This document shows positions 49,972 through 61,521 of a stretch of 64,000 nt of DNA, one piece after another; position 1 is the first letter of the stretch; each line of letters starts with the position of its first letter. Both the position numbers and the translations under genes were made by a program. This stretch comes from Candidatus Bathyarchaeota archaeon (GTDB taxonomy: Archaea; Thermoproteota; Bathyarchaeia; 40CM-2-53-6). Under the pieces are notes generated by a model. The model did not search any database. It was given only the letters and a program-made list of their open reading frames with translations, and was not told where the DNA came from. The DNA is taken from NCBI GenBank assembly GCA_963733055.1, contig CAVTBR010000001.1, positions 768,001 to 832,000 on the forward strand, read 5' to 3'.

Positions 49972-51021
49972 TCATCCGAAGATGAATTCTTCCTTCCGGG
50001 GGAGTTTTTCAAGTACTTCACGGGGGAGGGAGAGATTGGTTTCTAGCAACTGTGTAGGGTTTGAAGAAAGCCAGCCGCTTAGGCTGATCTCTTGGTATTC
50101 GCCGTTGTTGAAGACGAGTAGAACGCGACTTTTCTCTTTACCATTGTTTTGAAGCGAGTGGCCGTAACCCATAGGTGCGAAGCCTACATCCTCCTCGCCC
50201 AGTTCCACAGCTGTTGCTCTTCCAGAGGATGCGAATACCGTTGTGCGCATCTTGCCGGACAGAACGAATTGCCATTCGTCAGCGTTAGGATGCCAATGAA
50301 GCTCGCGCAGAGCGCCGGGCTCAAGCTCAAGCAATGCCCCAGTCATGGTAGTGGAGATGGGAAACTCGCTGGATGAAGCCATCCAGAGCGAGCTACCGCG
50401 ATAACGTCTAGGTTCTTGGCTTAGCAGCTCGTACTTGTGGGTAAGCGGTGGAGAATGTAAAGTATCCACCGGCGTCTCAGGAGTTGCGGGAGGGGTCGGA
50501 CCGACGACGATGTAAACCTCTTTCTTGGGGAGGCTCCTGAGGTCTTCTGAGCTAACACGTAGGTTCTGTGCTAGGAGGTCTTTCGGTGTGTGTCCCAACC
50601 AGTCGGTTAGGCTAAACGTGGCGAATTCAGAAAAATATCCATTATCAAAGACAAGAAGGAACTTAGTCTCCTTATTCCCGATACCTTGAATCGAATGCCC
50701 GTGGCCTCGTGGGAAATACCAGACATCCCCGGGCCCAAAGTCATTGATCTCCGAGCAGCCTTGAGGGTCAAAAATGGTCGTACGTACGTTGCCATCTATT
50801 ACGTAACCCCATTCGGCGGCGTTAGCATGCCAATGCAACTCTCGCAAACCGCCCGGCTTAAGCGTCATCAACACCCCTGCAATGCTCTTTGATGTTGGAA
50901 ATCGGACTGCAGTGGCTTCCTTGGCCGTGCCGCCCGGGAGTGTGCGGGGTTTCTGCCGTCCCATCGGGAACCGAAACTCTTCTGGCTTCAATTTGTCGGT
51001 TTTCTTGCGGGATGCCTTCAT
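49972..51021 (-). CDS. Oxalate decarboxylase-family bicupin
   Basis: Two cupin motifs LRELHWHANAAEW and LRELHWHPNADEW; GDVWYFPRGHGHSIQG; FSEFATF lid. Confidence 0.9.
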   Translation of the reverse strand: MKASRKKTDKLKPEEFRFPMGRQKPRTLPGGTAKEATAVRFPTSKSIAGVLMTLKPGGLRELHWHANAAEWGYVIDGNVRTTIFDPQGCSEINDFGPGDVWYFPRGHGHSIQGIGNKETKFLLVFDNGYFSEFATFSLTDWLGHTPKDLLAQNLRVSSEDLRSLPKKEVYIVVGPTPPATPETPVDTLHSPPLTHKYELLSQEPRRYRGSSLWMASSSEFPISTTMTGALLELEPGALRELHWHPNADEWQFVLSGKMRTTVFASSGRATAVELGEEDVGFAPMGYGHSLQNNGKEKSRVLLVFNNGEYQEISLSGWLSSNPTQLLETNLSLPREVLEKLPRKEEFIFG

Positions 51022-51097
51022 GCTTTCACTTGCCCTTTAGTAAGGAAAATTAGCCTTTAAATGATGCATTTTCTGCATGCTACATAGTCGGCTTTAG

Positions 51098-51298
51098 GTC
51101 TGGTTACCGCATAGCGAGATTCTCAGCTATGAGGAGATTCGGCGTGTCGCATCCCTCTGCGTAGATATGGGCATAGAGAACATTTGACTCAGTGGCGGCG
51201 AACCCCTGAACATTTCATTCGTCCTCGGGGAAAAGGACGGACCTAAAGCCGTTCGAGCGATTCACGACGAATTTGGACTTGACAAGGATGGGAGTTGA
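51098..51298 (+). pseudogene. Chimeric remnant: moaA fragment joined to an aspartokinase C-terminus
   Basis: VWLPHSEILSYEEIRRVASLCVDMGIENI*LSGGEPL then NISFVLGEKDGPKAVRAIHDEFGL*. Confidence 0.7.
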
Positions 51299-51398
51299 GG
51301 CATACCGAGCCCCTCAAATAACTGGTCTTTGAAGTTCCAAACGTTTGCTTAATCCTTTGAAACTCCGGTCCAATTAGATTGAAAATGGTGCATGAAGT

Positions 51399-52232
51399 CT
51401 AGGCCGCTTGAGGATATGACCCTAGGACTCTTAGGAAGGTTGCCGACTTGGCTAGGGCTTCGAGCGCCTCAAAACAAGCAGGATCTGTCTTATGGCCCTC
51501 AATGTCTACGAAGAAATGGTACTCCCAAGGCGTCCCTCTGATCGGTCGCGACTCTATTTTCGTGAGATTGATTCCACGCTTCGCTAGTTCGCTAAGCGTC
51601 GTGTAAAGCGAACCTGGAACGTGTTTCGTGCCAAAGACGATCGACGTTTTGTCCTTCCCGGTTCTTGATTTTTCCTCCCTTCCGATCACGAAGAATCGGG
51701 TGAAGTTTTCGGGGGAATCTTCAATGTGTCTACTCAATATCTTCAATGCGTAAAGGGTCCCTGCCTTTTCGCTTGCTATGGCGGCTGCATCGCGGATGTT
51801 ATTCTCTTTTATCAGCTTAGCACTGCCAGCCGTGTCATACGTTGGTTGAAGTAGCACCGAAAGACGTTCGAGAAAAGCAGAACACTGGGCGAGCGCCTGT
51901 GGATGTGAATACACTGTGCGAATTTCATCAATTTGGACTCCAGGCAGCGCCAGTAGGCAATGGCTGACCCTGATTTTCACTTCGCCATTGATCTTTAGAG
52001 GTGACTGAAGTAAGAGATCATACGTCTGATTGACGCTACCCTCAATGGAGTTTTCGGCGGGAACAACCCCATGATCAGCAGACCCATCTTCAACCATCTT
52101 GAAAACCTGTTTGAGGGTATTGTTGGGTGTTGTTATGACCGATGCTCCGAAGAAGGATTGAGCTGCTTGCTCGCTGTACGCCCCGTGTTCGCCCTGAAAG
52201 GACACGCTAGGGCGACCGGCCTTGTTGCTCAA
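51399..52232 (-). CDS. pheA: Prephenate dehydratase
   Basis: FQGEHGAYSE, PAENSIEGSV, SHPQALAQC, NFTRF, NLTKIESRP, LGSYP. Confidence 0.96.
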   Translation of the reverse strand: MSNKAGRPSVSFQGEHGAYSEQAAQSFFGASVITTPNNTLKQVFKMVEDGSADHGVVPAENSIEGSVNQTYDLLLQSPLKINGEVKIRVSHCLLALPGVQIDEIRTVYSHPQALAQCSAFLERLSVLLQPTYDTAGSAKLIKENNIRDAAAIASEKAGTLYALKILSRHIEDSPENFTRFFVIGREEKSRTGKDKTSIVFGTKHVPGSLYTTLSELAKRGINLTKIESRPIRGTPWEYHFFVDIEGHKTDPACFEALEALAKSATFLRVLGSYPQAA

Positions 52233-52265
52233 TTTGTCAACCTCATGAAACCGGCGGGCAACTCC

Positions 52266-53060
52266 CTAGAGTTCTTGGCAATGAATGCTATGAAAGTCGT
52301 TTGATTGTTTCAAAACTGGTAGTTTTTTCCTCGCTTCATCGACACGGCTGTCCTCAACGTCATAGAATCCGATGCGTTGTCCGGATCCCAAATCGAGAAC
52401 TTTCACTCCCAACGGATCAATCACCATGCTACGACCAACGAATGTATCATTTGCGTTGTCCACACCAATCACGTAACTTGTGATCTCCTGCGCCCGCGCC
52501 ATCAGAAGAGTCTGCCACTGTTCCTCTTTAAGAGGCCCGCGATACCAAGCTGACGGCACGATAATCACCCGCACTCCAGACATTACTTCACTCTTTGTCA
52601 ATTCAGGAAAGCGGATGTCGTAGCAGATGACGACACCCAACGATGTGTCACCTATCTTGAACAGAACCGGACTCGATCCCGCACGGAAGTATTCCGATTC
52701 CTTGTAGCCCAAAGCATCGAAGAGATGGATCTTGCGATAACCACCCTTAACCTCACCACGATCAATGATTACGGCGGTGTCGAAAATTCCGTCGTCGGCT
52801 TTCTCGAAGATCGGTACTACAGTGGCTACTTCCTTTTCCTTGCTCTTCTCTGCAACGAGAGTGATGAACTCGCCGTCTAGCGGTTCAGCCATCTCTTCCA
52901 CATAATTCCTGGATAGTCCTTCGTGCGGGTATCCCATACAGTATTCAGGGAATACAAGAAGGTCGGAGGTTTCCCCTGCCGATTCAATAACATCAACTGT
53001 GCGTTGTAGGTTTTCCTTCTTGGACGAAGTAACGTCCAGTTGAACCAGACCGATTCTCAT
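52266..53060 (-). CDS. Carbon-nitrogen hydrolase (nitrilase family)
   Basis: FPE, YRKIHLFD, ICYDIRFPE catalytic triad. Confidence 0.92.
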   Translation of the reverse strand: MRIGLVQLDVTSSKKENLQRTVDVIESAGETSDLLVFPEYCMGYPHEGLSRNYVEEMAEPLDGEFITLVAEKSKEKEVATVVPIFEKADDGIFDTAVIIDRGEVKGGYRKIHLFDALGYKESEYFRAGSSPVLFKIGDTSLGVVICYDIRFPELTKSEVMSGVRVIIVPSAWYRGPLKEEQWQTLLMARAQEITSYVIGVDNANDTFVGRSMVIDPLGVKVLDLGSGQRIGFYDVEDSRVDEARKKLPVLKQSNDFHSIHCQEL

Positions 53061-53257
53061 TACTCCTTGCTTCAAAACAAATTCACGTGCCGGCAAACCT
53101 CTTCACAACTGGCCTTGTACATCTACCTAGCTTTTGGAATACTACCAGTATAATCAATTTACCTTCACGAGAGCCACTGAGAATTGCTATCAGGTACACA
53201 CCTAGCAAGAACCTTAGATTGAGGAAGTGTAACTTACACAACAGGAAACTTTCGAAA

Positions 53258-54088
53258 TTGTTGGACTCGATTTCATTCATCGGTGGCGGAGTTATGGGGG
53301 AAGCAATGATCCAAGGACTGCTGTCTAGGAAGACCGTGAAACCTAATGGAATAATCGCCAGCGAACCAAGGAAGGAACGCCGCGAGGAACTGAAACGAAA
53401 GTATGGCGTCAAAGTCACTTCGGATAATCGTGAAGCTATCAAGTCCTGTGAGGTCGTTGTACTCGCACTCAAACCTCAAGACTTAGAGGCAGCCATCACC
53501 GAGTTGAAAGGTTCCTTGCTGCCGAACCAAATGGTCATGTCGATCGTCGCGGGTGCGCGCCTCAAGACGATCAGTAAGGGATTAGCACATGAGGTTGTTG
53601 TACGAGTGATGCCTAATACGCCGGCTCAGATTGGCGAGGGGATGAGCGTATGGACAGCGACACACGGCGTGAGCCATGGGCAGCTTGACCAAGCAAAAAC
53701 AATCTTGCAAGCCTTAGGTAAGGAGCGTTACATGAATGACGAGAAGTTCCTGGATATGGCGACAGCGGTCAGTGGCACGGGTCCCACATACGTCTTTCTA
53801 GTTATGGAGGCCATGATCGATGCAGCAGTCCATCTCGGGTTTCCTAGACACATAGCTTACGAGTTAGTTACAGAGACTATGAGAGGCTCCATCAACTTCG
53901 CTATGAAATCGACCAAGCACCCGGCAGAGCTACGTAACATGGTCACATCCCCGGGAGGCACCAGCGCCGCGGCCCTTTACCAGTTGGAGAAAGGAAGTCT
54001 GCGCACGGTCCTTTCAAAAGCCATCATGGCCGCCTACGAGCAAAGCAAGTCGCTAGGAGGAGAAAGTGGCTCTTCGGTTAAGGCTTAG
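53258..54088 (+). CDS. proC: Pyrroline-5-carboxylate reductase
   Basis: FIGGGVMG, LALKPQ, RVMPNTP, SGTGP, VTSPGGT. Confidence 0.95.
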   Translation: MLDSISFIGGGVMGEAMIQGLLSRKTVKPNGIIASEPRKERREELKRKYGVKVTSDNREAIKSCEVVVLALKPQDLEAAITELKGSLLPNQMVMSIVAGARLKTISKGLAHEVVVRVMPNTPAQIGEGMSVWTATHGVSHGQLDQAKTILQALGKERYMNDEKFLDMATAVSGTGPTYVFLVMEAMIDAAVHLGFPRHIAYELVTETMRGSINFAMKSTKHPAELRNMVTSPGGTSAAALYQLEKGSLRTVLSKAIMAAYEQSKSLGGESGSSVKA

Positions 54089-54152
54089 AAAAGAAACTCA
54101 GCTAGGTAAAAGCTAGACTTTACGTGTTGAGATCATACATGAAAGTAAAGAG

Positions 54153-55137
54153 TCAGGGTTTCTGCGGCTGGTGAACGTGCGTCGCAGGAATATCGTACTG
54201 AAGGACGCCATAAACGGGCGTCAAATACTTGCGATACTTATCGTTGGCACCGATTACGACTCGGTCGTACTCTTCGCCCAATCGTAGTGTTATTCGGCCT
54301 GGCCTTCCATTTCCTACTGGTTTGCGATCAATGTTCAGAATCGGAGCTACTTCAGCAGCGGTGCCAGTGAAAAAGGCCTCCTCACAGGTGTACAGTTCAG
54401 CTCGGGCGATTGTACGTTCCTTGAAAGGCACGTCATCGTCCTTGATTAGATCTATGACGGTTTGACGTGTTATACCGTTCAGGATGCCAGAGGAGGAAGT
54501 TGGCGTAGAAATGATCCCATCTTTAATTATGAAGATGTTTTCTCCCGTGCCTTCAGAAACGTCCCCTTTATTGTCGAGGAACAATGCCTCGTCGAAACCT
54601 GCCTCAGCTGCTTCAGTTCTAGCGAGGACAGAATTGATGTAATGGCCACAAGCCTTAGCCATGCCGGGCACGGCTGGTTCGCCAATACGGCGCCACGTTG
54701 AGACACAAATATCCAGTCCTGGTTTGTTTTCGTCGAAATATTTCTCATATGGAAAAGCGATGATGCTGACCGAGGTTGGTGTCGCTCTTGCGTCAAGGTT
54801 TATTCCTCCAACACCCTTGAAGGCGATAGGCCTGATGTACAAAGATGAATGGAAATCATTCTTCTCTATAAGACCCGAAACCGCTTCACAAATTTCTTCT
54901 TCACTATAAGGTAGGTCGAAGCTGTATATCTTCGCAGGATTCGGCCATGCGTCTAATGTGGTCCCTAAGTCTGAATACGAGAACCTCGTCCCCCGATTTG
55001 TACGCTCTTATACCTTCGAAGACCCCCGTCCCATAGTGTAGGGCATGTGTAAACACGTGCACGGTGGCCTTCTCCCAAGGAACAATTTCCCCATCTAGCC
55101 AAACGAATTTCGCTGGAGGCTTGAACAAAGTCTTCAA
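54153..55137 (-). CDS. ilvE: Branched-chain amino acid aminotransferase; 1-bp frameshift at 54937-54938
   Basis: [16 protein letters not shown] / YIRP...AKACGHY...EGTGEN...GITR...GTAAEV. Confidence 0.93.
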
Positions 55138-55757
55138 CTCCTCGCAACATCAACTAATTGAAACGGACGCAGGCTGCGTTCATACGAACGAATCTCTTGT
55201 TCATGTAGTAGCGTCAGGGATATCTCATCGAGACCTTCCAAGAGACATTTTTTCCTGAATGCGTCCACATCGAAACGTAGGTCGTGTCCGTCAGGTTTTC
55301 CGATTGTCTGCGTTTCTAAGTCTACCCGCAAGGAGTAACCCTCATGTTTTGAGGTCTCCTCGAAGAGTTGACTTACCGTTGTTTCGTCGAGGGTGATCGG
55401 AAGAATTCCGTTCTTGAAGCAGTTGTTGTAGAATATGTCGGCGTACGATGGTGCGATTAAGACCTTGAACCCGTAGTCCGAGAGAGCCCACACAGCGTGT
55501 TCGCGGGAGCTTCCGCAGCCGAAATTTGCTCGCGTCAGCAGGATTTTGCCATCTTTGTAACGTGGATGGTTCAAGATGAAATCCGTCGTTAGGGTCCCGT
55601 CTGGATGAAAACGCCAGTCGTAGAATAGATAGTGACCAAACCCTGTTCTCTCCGTTAGTTTGAGGAATTGTTTGGGAATGATCTGGTCTGTGTCAACGTT
55701 TACTCGATCTAACGGTACGACAACTCCAGTCTGTGGTTTGAAGGGATCCATAATCAA
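55134..55757 (-). CDS. leuD: 3-isopropylmalate dehydratase small subunit
   Basis: [29 protein letters not shown]. Confidence 0.96.
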   Translation of the reverse strand: MIMDPFKPQTGVVVPLDRVNVDTDQIIPKQFLKLTERTGFGHYLFYDWRFHPDGTLTTDFILNHPRYKDGKILLTRANFGCGSSREHAVWALSDYGFKVLIAPSYADIFYNNCFKNGILPITLDETTVSQLFEETSKHEGYSLRVDLETQTIGKPDGHDLRFDVDAFRKKCLLEGLDEISLTLLHEQEIRSYERSLRPFQLVDVARS

Positions 55758-57170
55758 TCAGCTTGCTACGTCCCACTCACGTACATCTACAAAATGACCA
55801 GCAACTGCGGCTGCCGCAGCCATAATCGGACTCACCAAATGTGTTCGTCCTCCCCGACCCTGCCTTCCCTCGAAATTTCGGTTCGAGGTACTCGCGCACC
55901 GATCGCCCGACGCGAGTATGTCAGGATTCATTCCCAAGCACATGCTGCATCCAGACTCCCTCCATTCGAAGCCCGCTTCTTTGAAGTCGCGATCTAATCC
56001 CTGCTTCTCCGCTTGATACTTGACTAGCTGGGAACCTGGCACAACCATAGCGCGCAGTCCCGGAGCCACTTTCTTTCCCTTGATCATCTTCGAAGCCGCA
56101 ACGAGATCCGTGAGGCGAGAATTGGTGCAGGAGCCGATGAACACTCTATCGAGTTTGATTGACTGTATGGCTGTACCCGGTTGTAGGTCCATATACTCCA
56201 AAGCACGAGTGGCAGCCTCTCTCATCTGTGAATTTTCGAATTCTTCTGGGTGTGGGACAGAACCTGTAACGTCGGTAACCATCGCTGGGGTAGTTCCCCA
56301 AGTCACCTGAGGCTTCATCCTACCTGCGTCCAATTCCACACTCTTATCAAACGAGGCGCCCGAATCCGTTCGGAGTTCGCGCCATTGTTTCTCCGCCTCT
56401 TCGAAAACTTCCCCTCCTGGCGCGTACTTCCGGCCCCGAACGTAACGAAACGTGGTTTCATCGGGGGCGATCAGGCCAGCTCTCGCCCCACCCTCTATGG
56501 TCATGTTGCATATCGTCATGCGTTCTTCCATAGACAATGATGTAATTGCTTCGCCTCGGTACTCGATGATCGAACCTGTTCCACCAGCGGTCCCAATGCG
56601 GCCAATTATCGAGAGGATTATGTCCTTGGCCGTGACTCCGTTAGGAGGATTGCCATCAACACGAACTTCGAAGGATTCTGGTTTCTCGAGCGAAAGACAC
56701 TGCGTAGCTAAGACATGCTCAACTTCACTCGTCCCGATTCCTAAGGCTAAAGCCCCAAATGCTCCGTGAGTCGATGTGTGACTGTCACCACAGACGATTG
56801 TTAGTCCGGGAAGCGTTATTCCGAGTTCTGGTCCAATTACGTGAACGATTCCTTGGTTTGGGCTTGCCAAATCAAAGAACGTGATTCCGAAATCCACACA
56901 ATTTCGAGCCAACGCTTCAATTTGTTTTTTGGAGACTGGGTCTTGTATTGGGATCGAACGATCGGTGGTTGGAACGTTATGATCAACGGTCGCGAATGTC
57001 AGGTCTGGTCTCCTAGCACGCCTTCCTGCTGATCGTAGTCCCTCGAAAGCTTGCGGTGAGGTTACCTCGTGGACTAGGTGTCTGTCAATCCAAATTAGGC
57101 TTGGCCGACCTTCCTCCTCGTATACGAGGTGGTCTTCCCAGATTTTTTCAAAAAGTGTTCGAGGAGGCAT
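55758..57170 (-). CDS. leuC: 3-isopropylmalate dehydratase large subunit (bacterial type)
   Basis: [44 protein letters not shown]. Confidence 0.97.
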   Translation of the reverse strand: MPPRTLFEKIWEDHLVYEEEGRPSLIWIDRHLVHEVTSPQAFEGLRSAGRRARRPDLTFATVDHNVPTTDRSIPIQDPVSKKQIEALARNCVDFGITFFDLASPNQGIVHVIGPELGITLPGLTIVCGDSHTSTHGAFGALALGIGTSEVEHVLATQCLSLEKPESFEVRVDGNPPNGVTAKDIILSIIGRIGTAGGTGSIIEYRGEAITSLSMEERMTICNMTIEGGARAGLIAPDETTFRYVRGRKYAPGGEVFEEAEKQWRELRTDSGASFDKSVELDAGRMKPQVTWGTTPAMVTDVTGSVPHPEEFENSQMREAATRALEYMDLQPGTAIQSIKLDRVFIGSCTNSRLTDLVAASKMIKGKKVAPGLRAMVVPGSQLVKYQAEKQGLDRDFKEAGFEWRESGCSMCLGMNPDILASGDRCASTSNRNFEGRQGRGGRTHLVSPIMAAAAAVAGHFVDVREWDVAS

Positions 57171-57195
57171 TGTTCATCAACTTTGGATTATTGGG

Positions 57196-58876
57196 TCACT
57201 CACAAACCGCACCTTCGGCCGCGGAATGCACCAGTTTCGCGTACCTGAACAAAACACCTCGCTTGTACTTGGGTTCGGGTTGCTTCCATTGTTTTCAATC
57301 GTGCCGCGAATTCTTCGTCGCTTACGTCCGCTTCAAGGTGACGAAGTTTCGCGTCAACCGTGACCACATCGTCGTCCCTCAGAAGAGCCAGTGGTCCGCC
57401 AACCTGAGCCTCAGGTGAAACATGACCTATCATCAATCCGCGGGTGGCACCAGAGAACCTTCCGTCCGTCACTAACGCTACCTCTTCCCCAAGTCCTTGA
57501 CCTACGATTGCAGCAGTAATCGAAAGCATCTCACGCATGCCCGGTCCCCCTTTGGGACCCTCGTAGCGTATGACGACCACATCGCCAGCTTTGATTCCTC
57601 CTTCGCTCACAGCTCGGAAGGCCTCCTCCTCAGAATCGAAAAGTCTTGCTGGGCCACGATGCGTAAGCCTAGATGAACTCGAAATTTTTGCAACTGCACC
57701 GTCTGGCGCCAAATTTCCCTTGAGGACCACTAGGCCGCCCTCTTGCGAGAATGGGTTGGAAACGTCTCTCACAACGTCCTGTTGTCCGTCGTCGAAATGG
57801 ATTTCTTCAATATTCTGGCGAATGGTTTTACCCGTGACCGTAAGTGTTTCTCCGTTCAATGCCCCCTTCTCTAGCAGTTTTTTCATTATGAGAGGAACCC
57901 CGCCGGCGCGGTCTAGGTCATACATCACATACCTGCCACCCGGTCTCAGATCCGCGATCTTGGGAGTCCTTCGGCCTACGCGTTCGAAATCGTCTAAGGT
58001 GACCTTGATTCCTGCCTCATACGCGATGGCCGGGATGTGCAGAAAAGCATTCGTTGAACCTCCCATCGCTTGAACGACAGCAATGGCGTTTTCGAATGCT
58101 TCGAAAGTTAGGATGTCGCTCGGGCGAATCCCATTCTCAATGAGTCGCATGACGGCTAGACCGCTTAGATATGATGCTTGGTAACGTCGCTGATCAATTG
58201 CTGGGGGTGAAGCTGTACCCGGGAGAGACAGACCTAAGGCCTCCATGGCTGAGGCCATCGTGTTAGCCGTGTAGAGCCCTCCGCACGAGCCTTCACCTGG
58301 ACAGGCTGAGCACTCAAGGTTGTTGAGCTGCTCCGAAGTCATTTTGCCCGCAGCATATGACCCCACGGCCTCGAAGACGTCTTGAATTGTCACATCGCGG
58401 CCTTCGAACCTTCCGGGCATTATTGTTCCTCCGTACAAGAAGACTGATGGAATATTCAGTCTCGCTGACGCCATCGCTGATCCTGGAAGACTTTTGTCGC
58501 AACCTGCTACGGTAACGAGACCATCTAGGCTTTGCCCAATTGCCATAACCTCAATTGAATCGGCGATGATCTCTCGACTTACGAGTGATGCTTTCATGCC
58601 TTCGGTTCCCATTGAAACGCCATCGCTGACTGCGATAGTTCCAAACTCAAATGGAGTTCCTTTCGCACTCCGTACACCTTCTTTGACTTTCTTCGTGAGT
58701 TTGTTCAAGTGAAAATTGCATGGCGTGACCTCGTTCCATGTGCTTGCAACACCCACGAATGGTTGACCGAAGTCCTCAGTTGTGTAGCCGATGGCTCGGA
58801 GCATTGAGCGATTTGGGGCCCGCTGGGGACCTTCGGTTATGTCCCTGCTTCTCAGGCGGGAGTCTTTGGAAACCAT
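57196..58876 (-). CDS. ilvD: Dihydroxy-acid dehydratase; 1-bp frameshift near 57293
   Basis: [40 protein letters not shown]; corrected tail [27 protein letters not shown]. Confidence 0.96.
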
Positions 58877-58938
58877 CCATCAAATCCTTCTTGTGTGTTC
58901 TGATTGCTTGACTTTTGAGAGTATCATCTTGGCCTCAT

Positions 58939-60474
58939 CTATCCCTCTTTCAAGAGAGGGGCACTTGGGACTTCTGAGAGCCGTCGTCGGAGCAAGATTT
59001 TGTTTATTGCTTCAATCATGGCTTCGACGCTCGCGACGACCACGTCTTCCCTTGCAGCACTTGCCGAAACCGTCGTCCCATTCGAGTCTTCGACCTTAAC
59101 CAGAGCTTCGGCTAGAGCGTCCGATCCTCCGGTAATTGCTTTGAGGCGATATTCTTTCAAGGTGACCTGCACAGACGGGTCGGTAATCTTCTGAACCGCG
59201 CGAATTGCTGCATCAACGGGGCCGAGGCCTGTCTCTGCAGAGGTGTATTCTTTCTTGTTTAATCGTAAGCGTACTGAGGCCGTTGGAACTAATCCCTTCC
59301 CGGTTACAACGGCGAGATCGACTAAGTCTAGGATGCGTTCTGCTCCTTTTGTTTTCCCTAATACTGCCTCGGCAATTGCGCCTAGGTCGGCATCAGTTAC
59401 GGTCTTCCCTTTGTCACCGACGTCTTTGACTCTCGTAACTATCTCGGCGAGTTGATTTTTGTCAGGGAAAAGACCTTCTTCCGCCAGCTGAGCTGCGATT
59501 CCATGTGCTCCAGCGTGCTTGCCTGCTTGGAACCAGCGGCGGCGGCCGACCAGGCTAGGGTCGTACGGTTCGTATGTAAGCGGCATTTCGGTTATGCCGT
59601 GGGTGTGAATTCCGGATTCATGCCCGAAAGCATTCTCGCCCACAACGGCTTTGTTGGGTTGAACTCGGATCCCAGTTAGTGTTGCGACCAGTTTCGATGT
59701 TTCAGTCAAGAGCTCCGTTTTGATGTTCGTTTTTTGATTGTATAGCCTATGAAGCGACATCACCAATTCTTCCAAAGAAGTGTTTCCTGCTCTTTCCCCG
59801 AGTCCATTTACAGTCACGTGCGCTTGAACCGCTCCCACCTCAATAGCGGCGAGGCTGTTCGCTACCGCAAGGCCAAAGTCATCGTGACAGTGAATACTAA
59901 CGGGGACGCTGGTTGACGAGACAAGTTCTCTCGTAATCATGGCGATATTTTGCGGTGAAGAAATCCCGACCGTGTCCGGGATGTTTATGCGGTCCGCGCC
60001 GGACTGTTCCGCGGTTTTGTAGGCTTCCTTCAGGAAGCCAATTTCAGTTCGCGTTGCGTCTTCAGCGGAGAACTCGACGATTTGAGCGTGTTGTTTGGCG
60101 TAAGAAACAGAATCGGCTATGCGACTGAGCACTTGGTCTCTGTTCAGTTTGAGTTTGTATTTTAGGTGAAGGTCTGAGGTAGCTATGAATACGTGCACGG
60201 ACCTCACACCCGTGCTTAACGCGGTGTCGATGTCGTTCTTGTTCGCCCGGGCTAAAGCTACGACTTCGCATGATAGACCTGCTTTCGCAACTGCCCCAAC
60301 CGATTCGCATTCACCTGCTGAGCTTATTGGAAAACCTGCTTCGATCGCGTCGACACCGAGTTTATCGAGCTGTCGGGCGATTCTGACTTTCTCGTCTGGC
60401 GTTAGGGATACGCCCGGTGTTTGTTCTCCATCCCTAAGAGTAGTGTCGAAAATCCGAACATGGTTTGAGTTCAT
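58939..60474 (-). CDS. leuA: 2-isopropylmalate synthase (citramalate synthase not excluded)
   Basis: [30 protein letters not shown], regulatory domain GPVDA. Confidence 0.88.
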   Translation of the reverse strand: MNSNHVRIFDTTLRDGEQTPGVSLTPDEKVRIARQLDKLGVDAIEAGFPISSAGECESVGAVAKAGLSCEVVALARANKNDIDTALSTGVRSVHVFIATSDLHLKYKLKLNRDQVLSRIADSVSYAKQHAQIVEFSAEDATRTEIGFLKEAYKTAEQSGADRINIPDTVGISSPQNIAMITRELVSSTSVPVSIHCHDDFGLAVANSLAAIEVGAVQAHVTVNGLGERAGNTSLEELVMSLHRLYNQKTNIKTELLTETSKLVATLTGIRVQPNKAVVGENAFGHESGIHTHGITEMPLTYEPYDPSLVGRRRWFQAGKHAGAHGIAAQLAEEGLFPDKNQLAEIVTRVKDVGDKGKTVTDADLGAIAEAVLGKTKGAERILDLVDLAVVTGKGLVPTASVRLRLNKKEYTSAETGLGPVDAAIRAVQKITDPSVQVTLKEYRLKAITGGSDALAEALVKVEDSNGTTVSASAAREDVVVASVEAMIEAINKILLRRRLSEVPSAPLLKEG

Positions 60475-61509
60475 TCGAAGATCACCTCACCTAATTCCGT
60501 CTTGATCGCTCTGCCCATTTCGAGAGTGCTGAGTCTCCCTCCGAGATCCGGAGTAACTGCTCCTCTGGCCAAGCAGCTTTCTACAGCTCTTTGGATCGCT
60601 CTTGAAGAACGCCTGGCGTCGTCGTCATGTTTCTGTAGTCCGAGCCAGTCCAACATCATGGCTGCGGAGAGAATAAGGGACGTGGGATTTGCAATGTTTT
60701 TGCCTGCGATATCGGGTGCGCAACCGTGTACCGGTTCAAAGATAGCGAAATCTTGACCGATGTTTGCCGATGGAGCTAGGCCGAGACCGCCTACTACTTG
60801 AGCTGCTTCGTCAGAGAGAATGTCGCCGAACATGTTTGTTGTCACTATGACGTCGAATTGTTGTGGATTTCTGATCAGGTTCATCGCGGCAGCGTCCACT
60901 AGCATGTCGGAGAAATGAATGTCAGGGTAGTTCGAAGCTACCTCTCTGCAAATAGATAGGAACAAGCCGTCAGTTTTCTTCATGACATTGGCTTTGTGTA
61001 CTCCAGTAACTGAGTTCCTTCGCTCTCGGGCGAGTTTGAACGCATACCTAGCGATGCGCTCGCACGCCTTCCGTGTGATCACGCGCGTTGCGGTGGCCCT
61101 TTCGTTATCCCCGGCCTCCAAACCCGAGTACAGATCCTCCGTGTTCTCCCTGACGATGACTAAGTCCGTCAATGGATTCAGGCATGGAACGTTCGGAAAT
61201 GATTTTGCGGGTCGTATGTTCGCGTAAAGATCGCATAGCTGTCGCAGACGGATAATGACTTCGTAGGCGGACTGCCCAATGGGGCCCTTAAGACAACAGT
61301 CGCTCTTCCTGATTGCGTCAACAGTCCCTTCTGGCAACGCTTGTCCATGTTTCTCCAAAGCTCGATCACCGGCTTCGACTGAAACAAGGTCCAGTGAGAC
61401 GCCGAAAGCGTTCTCAACCTCAGCAAGGACTTCCTTTGTCGCAGCAGATTGCTCCGGACCTATACCATCTCCCTCTACGAGGGTTACTGTGTAAGTCGTA
61501 TCGCTTCAC
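60471..61509 (-). CDS. leuB: 3-isopropylmalate/isocitrate dehydrogenase family; 5' end needs a 1-bp correction or an ACG start
   Basis: [14 protein letters not shown] (in frame, upstream of the ORF-track start), [27 protein letters not shown]. Confidence 0.88.
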
Positions 61510-61521
61510 CAGCCATTGGTT

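Noticed and set aside
54930-57300. Frameshifts in ilvE (54937) and ilvD (57293) as pseudogenes or recoding
   Set aside because: Each is fixed by removing one base from a short homopolymer; the genes are otherwise intact in a complete operon.
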